A stretch of DNA of 64,000 bases from Eledone cirrhosa (taxonomy: Eukaryota): NCBI GenBank assembly GCA_964016885.1, contig OZ024742.1:257362001-257426000 (forward strand), in the 5' to 3' direction. The notes beneath the pieces are model-generated. The model saw nothing but the letters and a program-made list of their open reading frames with translations. It was not told the origin of the DNA and searched no databases. Below, one piece after another: positions 1-14,593 of this stretch; position 1 is the first letter of the stretch; each line of letters starts with the position of its first letter. Position numbers and translations under genes: made by a program.

Positions 1-529
1 TATATATATATATATATATTAACGTGTTCGTGAATCCCTGAAAACCATTTTTACGGCTGAGGCAGCCGATAGCTCTTTATGCAAATGAAGATCATCAGTA
101 GATAAGTGTCAAAATTACACGTTACGCCTCTATTGATTTCGGCAGAGAACAGGGTAAGTGAGAACTGGCTTGATAACGGCAATAGGGAAAAACGACGTCG
201 TCGTAACTTACCCACGATTACCTTCTCTTGGAATCTTATAGATGGAGCTACGTCACAAGTTACCAAATTCATAGCCGAAGGCTTTCAAATTACTTATTCG
301 TCAACATACCCTCTATCACTAAATGCACAAAATACGCATGGTTATATGACACAGTATGTTAGAGTGAAAATCCTTATTCTACTTTCCGGCCGAGCCAGCC
401 TAGGGCTCTATATGCAAGTGAGTCTAGGCAGCCAATGTGCTTAAGTGTCAAAATTATGTTTTCGCTTATATAGAGTTCCAACAAAGGGCAGGATAAGGGA
501 CACTGATTGAGAACTACCAAAAGCACCCA

Positions 530-710
530 AACGACTCCAAACAAAATTAAATGGAAAACATGAGTGGAATATCAACAACATCACAAACAGTAATTAGAGA
601 GAAAACAAAGCCTTACAGAGACACAGAGGTACGAAACTAATAAAACAAACCAGACACACACAGATAGAACAAGCAACCAACTAGTAACATGTATATAAAC
701 ACATACATAA

Positions 711-750
<40 letters not shown>

Positions 751-1045
751 AAACAAACACACCCGGCTGTAACGCATGCACAAACCAAGTACACAGACCA
801 CACACACACAAAACAAGGTTTTGGAGACAAAACAAACGAGGGACACAAAATAAGACATCAGTCAAAATAAAAACCCAGCCACAGAGGATGTCATATAATG
901 TGTAACAAAAGAGCTTTGAGGATATATAAACAACCACCCGGTTATTCAACCAACACACTGGAAATGTATAACAATTTGAGTAAAAGCTCACTAGGTGCGT
1001 GTGTTTTATTGGCAAAATGACGCTACCAACGTATAACAACAGAGG
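530..1045 (+). mobile_element. Penelope-like element 3' tail remnant
   Basis: Encodes ...TKLNGKHEWNINN, resembling the GIY-YIG C-terminus PRLNRKNEWNNNN at about 22790. Followed by an (AAAT)n/CA-rich UTR and terminal motif GGTGCGTGTGTTTTATT..GGCAA, shared with about 12575 and 23285. Confidence 0.45.
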
Positions 1046-1049
1046 TTTC

Positions 1050-2930
1050 AACACACGTGTATCAGGTGTAATTATTTGGGGTCTGGTGTTGGTGAAGAGC
1101 AGTGAAATCAGGTCCTCAATTAAAACCATGACAGCAGGAAGGCTCTGCTCTGACATCCCTCTCGGCATCAGGATGTGATTGGTTGTTGACCTTCCCTCTC
1201 CGAAGCCATTCTGTTTGTTGCTGCGCTTCTTCTTCATTTTGGGCTGGATCCTGTTAAGAATCATCCTTTTGAGGGTATTTGCCACAAGTAACGTCAGTGA
1301 GATCCCACTGTAGTTGTTGATGTTAGAGCGAACTTCTTTTTTTGGCACTGGGACGATGTTACTGATCCTCTACTGATTCGGGGCAATTCATATCTGTGCT
1401 TGGTTACAGAACTCCAGGATGATATCATAAAAATCTCACTTTTTCTTCATCTCTGATGCCACTTCTACACGGGCCTTTCCCTCGTACATCTTCTTCTTGG
1501 CTCTCTGTAGTTCCCCTCTAGTGAAGGCTCATGTCTCAATATCCAGTTTCTCAAACAGCTGCCTGATCTCCCCAGTGTTCTTGGCTGTGGATAGCGGCTT
1601 TCCTAGTAGGGTCCTCAAATGGTCCACCCATCTTCCTATCCTCGGGCCTTTTCCCATGGATCTTACTCGAACTTCCTCTCGTCCTCCCATTGTAATCTCG
1701 CTGATGATCATCCATCCCTCTTTACACCTAGACCTGTCAACCCCTCTCTCCAAAATTCTGAACTTCTTATCAGCGCCTATTCTCTGCCGTCAGTATAGGT
1801 GGTACATACTTCTTTCTTCTTCACCTCCATACTCTCATTCCTCTCCTCCGTAGAATCAGCATGGAATTGGTTCTTGGCAGCTTTCAGGTGTTCTCTGGCT
1901 GTACACTGCAGAGTTAGAACCTTTGCATATGAAGCATCCCAAACATGGCAAAGCTATGGAAGGATCACGCTGTTAAGTGCCAGGATGCTTGAGTGGTCTT
2001 CTTTAAAGGGGATTAACAAAGGAAGCCATCGATATTTTGTTTTAACTCGAACATTGAACCACCTTCTATACTTATATATTTCCTGGTCTAGACAACCTCT
2101 TCGCAAATTCTCCTTTTCATATTGACACCCTCTAGAAACCAAACTAAATATTCAATGTTTACTATATCTATATGGTTTCTTTTACTTATCTATATGGTTT
2201 CTTTTAGGTCTGCAGAGATGACGTTCTTCTTTTCTCTCCTCGGCACCACAGCCTGACTTGCTTCTGACACTGCAGTAGTGAAGTACTCGTACCTACTTGT
2301 CACAGTCTCGTCAGTCCCTCCAAACTTTCTCTGGTCTGCCTCTCCACACAGAGTACTGAACTTATTCCTCACTTCTCCTATGTACGTCTCATTAAGCCTA
2401 TCATCTTCCTTGAAAGCTCGCCAGTCATAGATTGTTCTCCGGGACTGAGCCTTACTCCTTTTTAAGCTCACCTGGAACCCACTCATAACAAACCGGTGGT
2501 CACTGCCCATTGTACTGAAATAATTGGATTGTTCAAAGTTCAGGACTATATTCCGTTACCAGAAAGAAATCAATTTGGGACTTGCACAGGTGTATATCAA
2601 AGATGTTGGTCAGATCTGCCACGGATTCTTCCTAATCGTTAGGGTGGTTGCATTCAAGTTCGTCTCCATCAGAGTGTCCCCCAGTGCTCTCCCTTATCGG
2701 TTAGCGTTTTTATGGGAGTACGAACAAGAATCTTCACTGCTCTCCTTACTCAGATATGCATTGATGTTACGCAGAAAAAGAAGGATTTTATGAGGTGGTG
2801 TGGTGTTGACAGCTCTAAACACTTCCTCGTGGAACTCGTCTGCACTCACATCGCTGCCCCCTTACGTTGGACTATAGGAGAGCAGTGAACATCCTTGCTG
2901 GCACATCCATAACAACACCAAGCGAGATGG
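1050..2930 (-). mobile_element. Decayed RTE-group LINE (APE endonuclease + N-terminal RT), interrupted by a nested repeat
   Basis: Minus-strand fragments MGSDHRFV (APE C-terminal SDH motif, about 2510) and NYSGISLTLLVANTLKRMILNRIQ...QNGFGEGRSTTNHI (RT N-terminal motifs, 1170-1348); many stops and frameshifts. Confidence 0.8.
1910..2190. repeat. ~280-bp interspersed repeat, copy 1 (nested in the LINE)
   Basis: Clearly alignable to 3415-3686 (e.g. GTTAAGTGCCAGGATGCTTGAGTG, TTTTAACTCGAACATTGAACCACC, CTAGAAACCAAACTAAATATTCAAT). Confidence 0.8.
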
Positions 2931-3414
2931 CCATCAGTGTGTTAACTGATGTACAATATATTCGTCGGATTTTCATTTCCTGCCAACAAGTAACCCGAGT
3001 TTCTGAATACCCTGGTAAATGGCGATGAGCGTAGGTGTACGATTACGACCCGGCGGACACTAAAATCTGTTGTCACAGATAAAGTACCTAAAGTCGCGAG
3101 GAACGGCAAAAGCACTTCAAGTGCAGAGCAAAATTAAAGTGATGCTGATAGTCTTCTCTTATGGGCGGGGCACTGGAAACCAGGAATAATTACCAGAAAA
3201 GCAAATTTTAACATGAAATCCTGCAACGTCTTTTGGTGCAGTTTAGCGCAATGGCTACACAGTTTCTTTTTCAATAAATGCAATTCACCCATTCGACTTG
3301 CTCCCTACTCGCCATAAATTATGCCTTCTGATATGGTTGTTCGCAAAATGAAGATATTACGTAAGGGATTCCGTTTAGAGATCTTCGAAGCCATCATGCG
3401 CACTATCATTGCAG

Positions 3415-3686
3415 TTGTGAGAACCATTGCGTATGAAGCATTCCAAACATGGTAACACTATAGAAGAATCATGCAGTTAAGTGCCAGGATGCTTGAGTGA
3501 TCTTTTTTAAAGGGGATTAACAAAAGAAGCCATCGATATTTCGTTTTAACTCGAACATTGAACCACCTCCTATACTTATATATTTCCCGGTCTGGACGAC
3601 CTCTTCTCAAATTCTCCCTTTTCATATTGACACCATCTAGAAACCAAACTAAATATTCAATTTTTACTGGTTTCTTTTACTTATAC
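3415..3686. repeat. ~280-bp interspersed repeat, copy 2
   Basis: Direct-orientation homolog of 1910-2190. Confidence 0.8.
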
Positions 3687-5475
3687 ATATTATAATAAAC
3701 GACTGAAGTAAAGAAATAATTCTGTAAAATGATATATAGAAACGTACCATGTTACGAATCATATTCATAAGAAATGTGTTGTGAAATGTGTATCGAAATA
3801 AGCACATATCATTCTTTAACTTTTTATGAATGATATTTTATGGGAAATAAATATTTACATTCGGTTGACATAAACAGGGTAAATTTGAAATTTTAAATGT
3901 AGTGGACCCACCGTAAATAACCATAATAATTGCCGAAAACTATGAATACAATTTGTGAAAATCATGTAATGTAACTCTGGAGACGGAAAAGCGTGGATAG
4001 ACTCGTTTGCAATGACATAAACACTTTTTGTTACTAGCATAGATAAGAATATTCCCAGTTGAGGAGATAATTAAATTTAAATATATGGGAATAATTTCCC
4101 AAGCCCCTGGCAGTTTATGTTTTTCAGTATGTATCCTGATGAAAATGCCACTGAATACATGTGTATGTAACATGCTAGGTTAGCAGAATAAACATTTTTA
4201 TTCCTTCATGAATATTGTGCAAGTTATCACATAACATAACTCCTGTATAAAATAAGATATATATGTATCCTAATCGCAAATATTTCCTTACAAAAATTCA
4301 TAATAAAAGAGGAATATGGTTAATTAAATAAAAATAATATTAACGACGCTTGGGGAAGAAGGCGATGTTGGGTAATAAAATAAAGTCAATATATTATGAA
4401 TGATTTATTTTATCAAAGTTCTGATTTCAAATCCCCCTGGTATGAGCGTTGATATATATTACTTCCATATCGATAGATTATTGATCATATCTGATATAAT
4501 ATATTTTACCTACATTCTCTACCGAGAAATCAATATTTCTAACGATATTTATTTCCTCTATTTTGTTGAATTCGCAGCATTTATGTAAAGTGCGACAGAC
4601 CTAATGAATCAAACGTGGCTTCTACATTCAACTAGATATGTAGCTACTATTTCTTGATTTGTTTGTCAACCACATCTATCCGGCCCTCCGTCGTACTATT
4701 GAAGATTATAAAAACACCCCATCTAACAACAATCATACATGTTTTGTATTTCATCGAAGTATATGTAAAGAAGTGTTTATTTAACATTTCTCCGGCTAAT
4801 GTAAACTGACATGACTATGGGATATTAGAAAACGATTTGTATAAGTCATTATACTTCTTCGTGTCTGAAACCTACTATGGAATTTATGAAAATCATGTTG
4901 TCATGAGAATGAATTTACATAAAATCTAATATCTTCCATTAGTAAATATGGATGAAATGTTACTATCTGTTACCATTCAGGATTACAACAGAAAACATTT
5001 CACCATAGAAATAACGAATTAGAATAACAGATAAATCAATCTAGCTTGTATATATATATTCAAATGTCCTACAACTTATTAATTCTGAGCGACATACATA
5101 ATAAAATGCAGGTGTCTGTAATTATGTTCAGCTTTTATAAATATAGATGCATTTTAAAACTCTATGTTTGGCACAGTTATAACAACAGCATTTCCGTTTT
5201 CGTTAAATACGCACACAAACACGCATACGTAAACCCATATTAACTGCGCATATACACAGACATGCACACGCACACACACAAACAGCGACACACGCACAAA
5301 CACACACACACACACACATACTTAGTCCTTTAAGCAAGATAATTCATGTGTTTTATTAATCATAAACATGAATTTTCACAGAAATGGAACAATTTCGTTA
5401 AATCTTAATTTCAAACGAATGAAACATTTCTAGCTCTGTAGGAATCATTTATATCTGAAATAAATCACGTACAAA

Positions 5476-5485
<10 letters not shown>

Positions 5486-5569
<84 letters not shown>

Positions 5570-5690
5570 CACACACACATATATATACACACACACACAC
5601 GCACGCACGCACACACACACGCACGCACGCACGCACACACACACACACATATATATATATTGTGTATGTGTGTGTGTGTGTGTGTGTGCT
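5486..5690. repeat. (CA)n/(TA)n/(TG)n compound microsatellite
   Basis: Directly visible. Confidence 0.95.
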
Positions 5691-8452
5691 CGTGGGTGCG
5701 ACTTAGTTCAGATATAGATGACTCCTTCAAATCTATAACGGTTTTATTAATTTGAAATTAAGAATTAAGGAAATCGTCCGATTTCTGTAAAACGTATGTC
5801 AACGTGTAATGAAACACATATATTCTCTCGCTTAACTAATTTAGTATGAGTGCGTGTATACGAGTGAGTATGTGTGTGTATGTGCGTGTGTGCATGTCTG
5901 TGTATATGTGATTTACGCAGTCAATACGGGGTTACTGTAATTCGTTTAGTGGTTTAAATGTGTATATCTTAGTGTCTGTTATGTGCGTTGTTTTATAGTG
6001 TGAATTGAAAGGGCAAGTTGTATTGACTCTTGTCTCGGTGCTACATGTCAGCAGCGCACCAAGCAGATGCCGAATAATCATTTCCCCAGTGAAAACCCAG
6101 TGTTTATTACTGCAACAATCATTTCCTCCTTCAGGAAGATGCACTCCTCAACAAAGCATAACGCCAATATTTATATCCACCATACCATCGTTACTAACAA
6201 CACCTAAACTACGCTAACTTAAAGCGTATTTGTTATTTGACTATGGCATGTGGCTGTTAGATTCATACCAAAGTCACGCTGTGTTTAATGACCAACAGTT
6301 GTGTAGTTCATAATTGTTTAATTTTCAAGAAAACGCATATTTAAAATGCAAACAATAATTAAATGAGGAATTGGTTAATGATATTGCCATAAATGGCAGT
6401 TATGGATAAGAACCCCAAAATAAAATATAAAGTTAATATTTATTAAAGAGAATTGTGTTGATATGGATGGATATAGAAGTCATATTTTATGCATAAAATG
6501 TTCTCGAGAGTATTGAGATGAAATCTATTCTTGTTTAACAAACATATTTAGCAAAGTATATGGTGATCAATTTATCAGAATAGTTCATCAGAATATTTCA
6601 AATAATTCCTTGCATGTTAATCATACAAAGTACATTTCTATTTGTGCCAATATCAAGAAGCATTGCATTTAAAATACATTGTTAACTGTGGACGAAGTAT
6701 GATGAAATGGTTATGGAGTTCGCTTTGTAATCAATTGGTTGCGAGCTCGTTTCCAATGCAAGACATATTGGGTAAGTTTCATTTGCCATTACCTCTGGTC
6801 GACGCAAACAGTTTGCGTCTAATAGCGTGGATATGAAATGGTTGGAACCTTCTAGCATTGAATCTATCTGTAATTCAAAGGGCCAGGGTTGTCTCACATT
6901 ATGTCGTGGTGAATATCCCGAAATACATACATAGGTTGCATGTCTGTGGAATGCTCACGTTAATTACATGTTAATTTTCACATTGTTTCTCCCGTTGATG
7001 AACAAATGGGACATAACTTATCGAAACTACAGAGCTACATTCCATTCTAATTCATATGGTCAGCGTGAAATGTTCAGTTCCAACTCCATTTGTTGCGGAG
7101 CAGAGAATTATTTATGCAATTCTAGATATAATGGGTCGGCGCCACCAATAAAACCATTGATGTACCCGCTTGGGACATAGATCTCAAAGACGCGAAACCT
7201 TAAATGATTGATGTTTTATACAAATTTGTATAAATAATTTAAAAATATGAAAAACATCCTACCATAAATAAATAAAACCGTAAATATATTTGCTTCGTAT
7301 ACGTGTTGCGTAAATACCCAAACAAGTAGAGAGGAATGTATGGTCTTATAACTTGTCACATGATTAAGCATGGGTAAGTATGAGCTCTGTAGTGGTAATT
7401 TCATCTTTAGTAATTTTGATATTGTTCTTAGAGCAAGAGTAGATTTTTCAGCTTAGCAAATTAAATGAAAATTATTTTTATTTTGGAGAATGGGGAGCAT
7501 AATTAGGAGATGGAGCAATTAGCGTTAGACACGCAGGCTCTGTGTCAGTAGATATAAGGATGGTTCCTCCGATTTATGTTTGATCAAGATATGAGTTTTT
7601 TCTTTCATAATTGTGGCATATAAGGTAAAGAGAGAACACATACCATTTGTTTTCCTGCAATGAGTTCGAAGTAATGAGGTGTGCATTTTAGGCCAGTCTT
7701 ATATTAAGCTCAATACGCAGTCACCGGGGCATTATGCAGCATACGGAGGAGTTACTGAACATTAAAGAATCATAATTGTATTTTAATGTGTTTATCTGAA
7801 TAACATATATTATAACTGTCTGCGATCAATACATACATCACTTAACATTTTTACCGCATGTATTCTATTTTGGAGTATGTGGTGTATAACTGAAGGGATG
7901 AGTGCGCTGAGCACCCATGTTCTGGACTGGCGTATAGAAATGTTTTTGATTTTCTCAATAAGCATTAAAAGCAGCCATGTGTTACATGAGACAGGAATAT
8001 GGGTGTGCGCACTTGCGATGTAAAAATTTACCTTGAAGAGTTTTGTCAAATGTGTGAAGTAAAAAATGTATTTTTTGTTGAGTTAAAATATCATAATTAT
8101 TTATATATAATATCTATAATATTCGATGAAACTCAGACGGCTTCGACCATGAGTGTTTCACCTGTACATCAACGTGAGAATGTGTCCATAAAATTAATGT
8201 GTCTGAGCATTCATTGGAATAGAGTAATCTAACATATTTCACAGGAAGATTAAAAACCGACACTTTATATAACAGATACAACATTTCTCTAAATAAGGAT
8301 GGGCCAAACCGAGGTTATGGTTCATTTCATTTCGTCGGGATGCCTTAGCGTTTGAGCGAACCCAGGACCGAATGATTTGATGCGGACGATTTAACATTAG
8401 GCCTACTCGAAATACAGAGGCTATGGGAAATCATGTATGCTGCTGCTGCTGT

Positions 8453-8641
8453 TTCTTCTTCTTCTCTTCTTATTATTATTATTTCTTCTTCTTCTTCTTC
8501 TTCTTCTTCTTTTTCTTCTTCTTCTTCTTCTTCTTCTTCTTCTTCTTCTTCTTCTTCTTCTTCTTCTTCTTCTTCTTCTTCTTCTTCTTCTTCTTCTTCT
8601 TCTTCTTCTTCTTCTTCTTCTTCTTCTTCTTCTTCTTCTTC
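8453..8641. repeat. (TTC)n microsatellite = (GAA)n 3' tail of the adjacent minus-strand RTE
   Basis: Directly visible; abuts the LINE 3' end. Confidence 0.9.
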
Positions 8642-8642
8642 A

Positions 8643-10700
8643 CTTCCTTATACCTAAGAGGACCATGTAGGAAGAGTCCTTGAATACTCATTTTGGAAGC
8701 AACCGTCTGTAATTGATCCAACTGAATCTCTAGTAAAGACCAGCCGAGCTCATGGACGTTATCGAACCACATTTCACGAGGCCTACGCCTGTCTCCTGTC
8801 GGCTGATTTCGACCGTAAAATATATCCAGCGATTCATTGCTGATATATTCTATGCAGATTCCTTTAATATGAGTGCTGTGATCTCCCACTTCGAAGAAGT
8901 AGGGGCTCTTTGTGGGGCGACACTCTGATCTAAAACCTACGCACTCGTGTAACATTTGTTCAGATACCTGCCATAGGAACCCCATTTCGAACGCTCGCAT
9001 TCGCAATTATATTCAATCGGTCACTACCCAAGATTCATGACGATTCATAAGTAAGGGTTGGAACGAATATCGAAATGAGGATACACAGTTTTGCTTTTAC
9101 ATATACCTCCCTTAATGTGATTACAGACTGCTAAAGATGGCGCATTAGTGTAACAGCTCCTGCAATTTTTGGCCCCTTAATTCAGCCTGAAGCCTTCCAT
9201 ATTTCGTAACCACAACACGATGTTTCTTGAAATTCGTCACCTGCTTCAGTGGAGGGCACTGCACAAGATTATTAGTGTGGACGAGTATCATAGTCTTCCC
9301 AGCATCCATTTTCTTTCCAGCCATGGGGCACTTGGCATCAAACCTTTCAAGTCTATGTCTGTGACCACCTTCTCACGAGATAAATAGCATCATTTCCTCT
9401 GCAAATTCCAGCCGTCTGATGTTATAGCCACCAGTCACGATAGCACTTCCAACGCATCATTGCATGCCAATCATGCTCAGGAAAATAATGAACATGAGTG
9501 GTGAGAGTACGCACATTTGGCAGAGTCCTATTCGCACACACATTCTTTTAGAAATATCAGTAATGCAAGAAGCTGATCAACGATCATATACTCCTGCAGC
9601 AGCTTCCCCAACATGTTGCGTTGAACGTGGACATATGCCTTTTTAAGGTCTAGTAAGTAAGTATACACTTCTTGGTATTCCAGCGTAATCCCAAGGTCTT
9701 CCCATATGTTAATTTTGGACGGCTTTACTGCCTCTGTTGCGACCTTTCCTGCCTGGCTGTACCGCAAATAGAAGGAATAATTATTTCCAAACCAATATTT
9801 GTAAGGCTTCCTTCCAAGCCCACATGGCATGTGTAACCTCTTAATTGACCTCATGAAACCTGGCACCACAACACACATCATTCTGACTAAGCATTTAACA
9901 GCCGAAACGTAAACTGCTTAGCTGAAAATTCTCCACTCCATTTCACCGTCCCCGGTTTGCCGAGAGAGTTTGCAATAGTATCTGCAGACCTGGTACTGGC
10001 TTCCCTATCCACCATCGCTTCATACCTTATCCTGTATATCAACCTGAACTTGCCAGTTTAGTAAGCTCTCTTGGCTTTATGTAGTCTCAAGTCTTAGACT
10101 ACTAGATGGCGATCAATTAACAACTCGGCACCTCTCTTAACACGAACATCCAGGACAAAATCGAAGAGATTAGAGACAAAAGCAATATTAATTATTAATC
10201 CCTGTCCCTGATTTCCCTTATACCATGTATATTTATGGAAATATATGTGCTGAAAGAAGGCGTTCATAATAGAGGTTCCATTTCTAGAACAGATGTCTAA
10301 TGAGGCCTTTCAATTCATATTAAGATAGGGATCAACGTTCCTTCCAATGACTATTTTCCATGTCAGGTGAGACGTTCCAACATGTGCATAGAAATCTCTC
10401 ATTGGGTACGTGACTCAGTCTCAACTACATCTAATGCTTCAGTGAATTCATCATGGAATGAACTGTATTCGAACTCATTGTTTGGTCCATTAATTTGCAT
10501 CACCCACATAGACTTATCTTTCAGCCTTGCTCCCAATCTTAACCAGTCCAGAAAACATTCTAACATCTGGGGACTTGTGAGTATCCATACCCCCGCTTGT
10601 GCCATACATTCTGGCTCCTCTCCTGAATAATGGATGTTCCATCGTCCTTTCAAATATACAGTACTACAACCACGAAACACTGTTGAGTAAAACGCGACTA
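8643..10700 (-). mobile_element. Decayed, internally deleted RTE LINE
   Basis: APE N-terminus IHYSG...AQAGVWILTSP...QINGPNNEFEY (10399-10719), VLDVRVKRGAELLIDRHLVV (about 10100-10160), RT DLKKAYVHV (about 9640), C-terminal MRAFEMGFL and RRRPREMW; ends in a (GAA)n tail. Confidence 0.85.
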
Positions 10701-10714
10701 TACACACACACACA

Positions 10715-10763
<49 letters not shown>

Positions 10764-11737
10764 AGAGTGAGGTGGGGAGAGAGATGGAAACGCATATATA
10801 TACACATACATGGGTGTGTAGAGTACGTGGAAGTGAGGTCCGTACTTATAAAAAGTGGGATGCAACGAAGCAATTCAAAATGTGTTTTTACATGCAATAA
10901 TTATTTTACACTTTTATGATAGCATTTTTAGCATGTATATTGTAGGCTTGTGGAATATATTTTCCCTCTCCCTCGTCTCGAATGCATTACTGGTTTCCAA
11001 GTCAGGTGATAGATGTCTCATGCTTTATGTATATAATGTAAACTTGTTTCTATATAATTTATTACATTCTAGGCATTATATTGAGCCGCTTCAAAGAAGA
11101 AAGACAATTGATTTGCTCTCATATATTTACCATTGCTATCAGATCAAACGAATATTGTTACTTCAAAACACATGTTATACACTGGAAAATGGCACTCTGT
11201 GATAACCACAATTTCTCATAAATGCATATTTCTTATAAGGATGTAGTCTTGTAAATATTTTGTTTCATTTTTTCTTCAGGTGTCTTTTTTCGCACATGCC
11301 TGCCATGTCAATGCATGTTTGTACTGCATGTTTGTGCGTTTCTGTACATTATTATATGTATATATAATTACATGAAAAATATTTATGTGTATACATTTAT
11401 ATACTTTTGCGTGTGTGTTCGTATTTGTATGTGCGCACATCAGTACAGACACCCACTTAAACCCAACTACACATATGTATATATATATATATATACAGTG
11501 AGAGAGAAAGAGAGAGAGGGAGAGATTGCGAGTATTAAATAGATCGAAGACGATACGCAGTTGTGTTTAGGTTTATTTTTATCTCCAAGATACATATTGG
11601 CTGAAGTCTACGGTTATGTATGTATGTATATATATAAGCGGGCCCTTGTGTGTTGCGTTTGGGTTACTGTCCCTCAAACATTTGTCTGTAAATAAGGATC
11701 TACCTATACGTTACCCATGTTCTTTATCCCTCTTTCT

Positions 11738-11786
<49 letters not shown>

Positions 11787-11999
11787 GGTGTGTGTGTGTG
11801 TATACTCTACTCACACATCTATTTGATAAAAATATAATCCATCAAACACTGGAGAAACAGTTAGTATCTCAGGAGAAATGATGAAGAGGATCTGGTGAAA
11901 GTTCAAAGACAAAAACCGTCAGTGAGGCCAAACTAGAAAAGGGTGGCTCGCTAGAAATCATTGAGATAGCATTTATATCTACACAATGCACACATGCTA

Positions 12000-12625
12000 T
12001 GCTCAAATAGATTGGGGAAGCCATGCATATAACCGATTCAAGACCCACACATATTATAAGTCATGAATAGCAACGACTCTAGAGCATCGCGATTGATTAC
12101 AATATGAAGAATTTCAATACATATAATAACACATACTTGGTAGACTAATAGAAGATAAATGTAACTGCCTAGTTACGGATGAGATGACTGATACACACGA
12201 ACACATATGCACAAAAAGATATATGTTTGCGGAAAGAAAAGACATAAATTCACATCGATACGTGCAGAAACATATAACATACAGGCATACCAAACAGAGA
12301 AGGTTCTGGATGAACCAATAAATATATACAATTGCACCCAAAACGAGCAAAATTCCACATACACTCCACTGAAATAAAGGCTTTAGGAAATAGAACAAAT
12401 ATATGACAATATGTGAAACATGTGGGAACAGTAACATTGATTAGTTATCACAGAATGCCTGATGAAAGCGCATTGACAATTCAATACGACAATTGAATAA
12501 CCACCATTTGACTAGATTATGCGTGGGATAAATTGATTTCCCAACAAGAAAAAGAATTCATATGAATTACTACTGGTGCGTGTGTTTTATTCTGGCAACA
12601 CGACTCGTCCGTAATATAAATATTT
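12000..12625 (+). mobile_element. Probable Penelope-like 3' tail remnant
   Basis: CA-rich UTR ending in GGTGCGTGTGTTTTATTCTGGCAAC, the terminal motif shared with the tails at about 1000 and 23285. Confidence 0.35.
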
Positions 12626-12817
12626 ATATTTAACACAGGATTTCAGCTCAGAAATATTGCAAAGTAAATACAATTACGAAGTATATATTCGTCTGATGTT
12701 CCCGTGCGGGCACTGATGAAACACCAGACAAACAGGACTCTACAACTATCATTCATAAAGGATATTTAATGCCTTTGGTTCCGACCACTTATTGTCACGT
12801 CCATCGGTGACACATAC

Positions 12818-12848
<31 letters not shown>

Positions 12849-13150
12849 AATTGAAACAAAATGAAAACGAAATTTCATTTCTCACTCTTAGTATGGCACT
12901 TACTTAAATGTAAGTATGCATGTATACGTACATACATATATGTATACAGACGTACAGTAGCATGCACATATATATATATATATATACATATATATATACA
13001 TATGCATACAGGTACACATACATATATGCACGTATCAGTTTAGCGGCGCTAACGTCGCTTTGTTCGTTTGTAAACAAACTGAACAGCCTGAATTTATGCC
13101 ATACGGTGTTAAGGCAACCACGTCACCTTTTTGTTCAACACTGACACAGG

Positions 13151-13195
13151 AACGATGTACTAGTTTCAAGCTTGTTAGCTATCATCAGCACCGTT
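13151..13195 (-). ncRNA. Minimal type I hammerhead ribozyme, copy 1
   Basis: RNA AACGGUG-CUGAUGA-UAGCU(AACA)AGCUU-GAAA-CUAG-UA^CAUCGUU: 7-bp stem I, stem II, palindromic ACUAGU stem III, GUA cleavage triplet. Confidence 0.9.
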
Positions 13196-13616
13196 TACCC
13201 ATCTGCCAGATAGTTGAACGTTCGAAAGTATATACTTTCCTTATGAAAATTAACGGCTGAGCAGCCTAATTTGCATATTGAGTGAGTTAAATCGGTCAGG
13301 CATACCGAAAACGATAAATTGAAACAAAATGAAAACGAAATTTCATTTCTCACTCTTAGTATGGCACTTACTTAAATGTAAGTATGCATGTATACGTACA
13401 TACATATATGTATACAGACGTACAGTAGCATGCACATATATATATATATATACATATATATATACATATGCATACAGGTACACATACATATATGCACGTA
13501 TCAGTTTAGCGGCGCTAACGTCGCTTTGTTCGTTTGTAAACAAACTGAACAGCCTGAATTTATGCCATACGGTGTTAAGGCAACCACGTCACCTTTTTGT
13601 TCAACACTGACACAGG

Positions 13617-13661
13617 AACGATGTACTAGTTTCAAGCTTGTTAGCTATCATCAGCACCGTT
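13617..13661 (-). ncRNA. Minimal type I hammerhead ribozyme, copy 2
   Basis: Identical to copy 1, offset 466 bp. Confidence 0.9.
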
Positions 13662-14082
13662 TACCCATCTGCCAGATAGTTGAACGTTCGAAAGTATATA
13701 CTTTCCTTATGAAAATTAACGGCTGAGCAGCCTAATTTGCATATTGAGTGAGTTAAATCGGTCAGGCATACCGAAAACGATAAATTGAAACAAAATGAAA
13801 ACGAAATTTCATTTCTCACTCTTAGTATGGCACTTACTTAAATGTAAGTATGCATGTATACGTACATACATATATGTATACAGACGTACAGTAGCATGCA
13901 CATATATATATATATATACATATATATATACATATGCATACATGTACCCATACATATATGCACGTATCAGTTTAGCGGCGCTAACGTCGCTTTGTTCGTT
14001 TGTAAACAAACTGAACAGCCTGAATTTATGCCATACGGTGTTAAGGCAACCACGTCACCTTTTTGTTCAACACTGACACAGG

Positions 14083-14127
14083 AACGATGTACTAGTTTCA
14101 AGCTTGTTAGCTATCATCAGCACCGTT
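14083..14127 (-). ncRNA. Minimal type I hammerhead ribozyme, copy 3
   Basis: Identical to copy 1. Confidence 0.9.
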
Positions 14128-14548
14128 TACCCCTCTGCCAGATAGTTGAACGTTCGAAAGTATATACTTTCCTTATGAAAATTAACGGCTGAGCAGCCTA
14201 ATTTGCATATTGAGTGAGTTAAATCGGTCAGGCATACCGAAAACGATAAATTGAAACAAAATGAAAACGAAATTTCATTTCTCACTCTTAGTATGGCACT
14301 TACTTAAATGTAAGTATGCATGTATACGTACATACATATATGTATACAGACGTACAGTAGCATGCACATATATATATATATATACATATATATATACATA
14401 TGCATACAGGTACACATACATATATGCACGTATCAGTTTAGCGGCGCTAACGTCGCTTTGTTCGTTTGTAAACAAACTGAACAGCCTGAATTTATGCCAT
14501 ACGGTGTTAAGGCAACCACGTCACCTTTTTGTTCAACACTGACACAGG

Positions 14549-14593
14549 AACGATGTACTAGTTTCAAGCTTGTTAGCTATCATCAGCACCGTT
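14549..14593 (-). ncRNA. Minimal type I hammerhead ribozyme, copy 4
   Basis: Identical to copy 1. Confidence 0.9.

Noticed and set aside
52-101. CTGATGA followed by two hairpins on the minus strand
   Set aside because: GAAA core replaced by GCTA and no stem I; the sister repeat lacks CTGATGA.
12440-12730. CTGATGA motifs at ~12459 and ~12713
   Set aside because: No correctly spaced stem II + GAAA + stem III/I could be folded.
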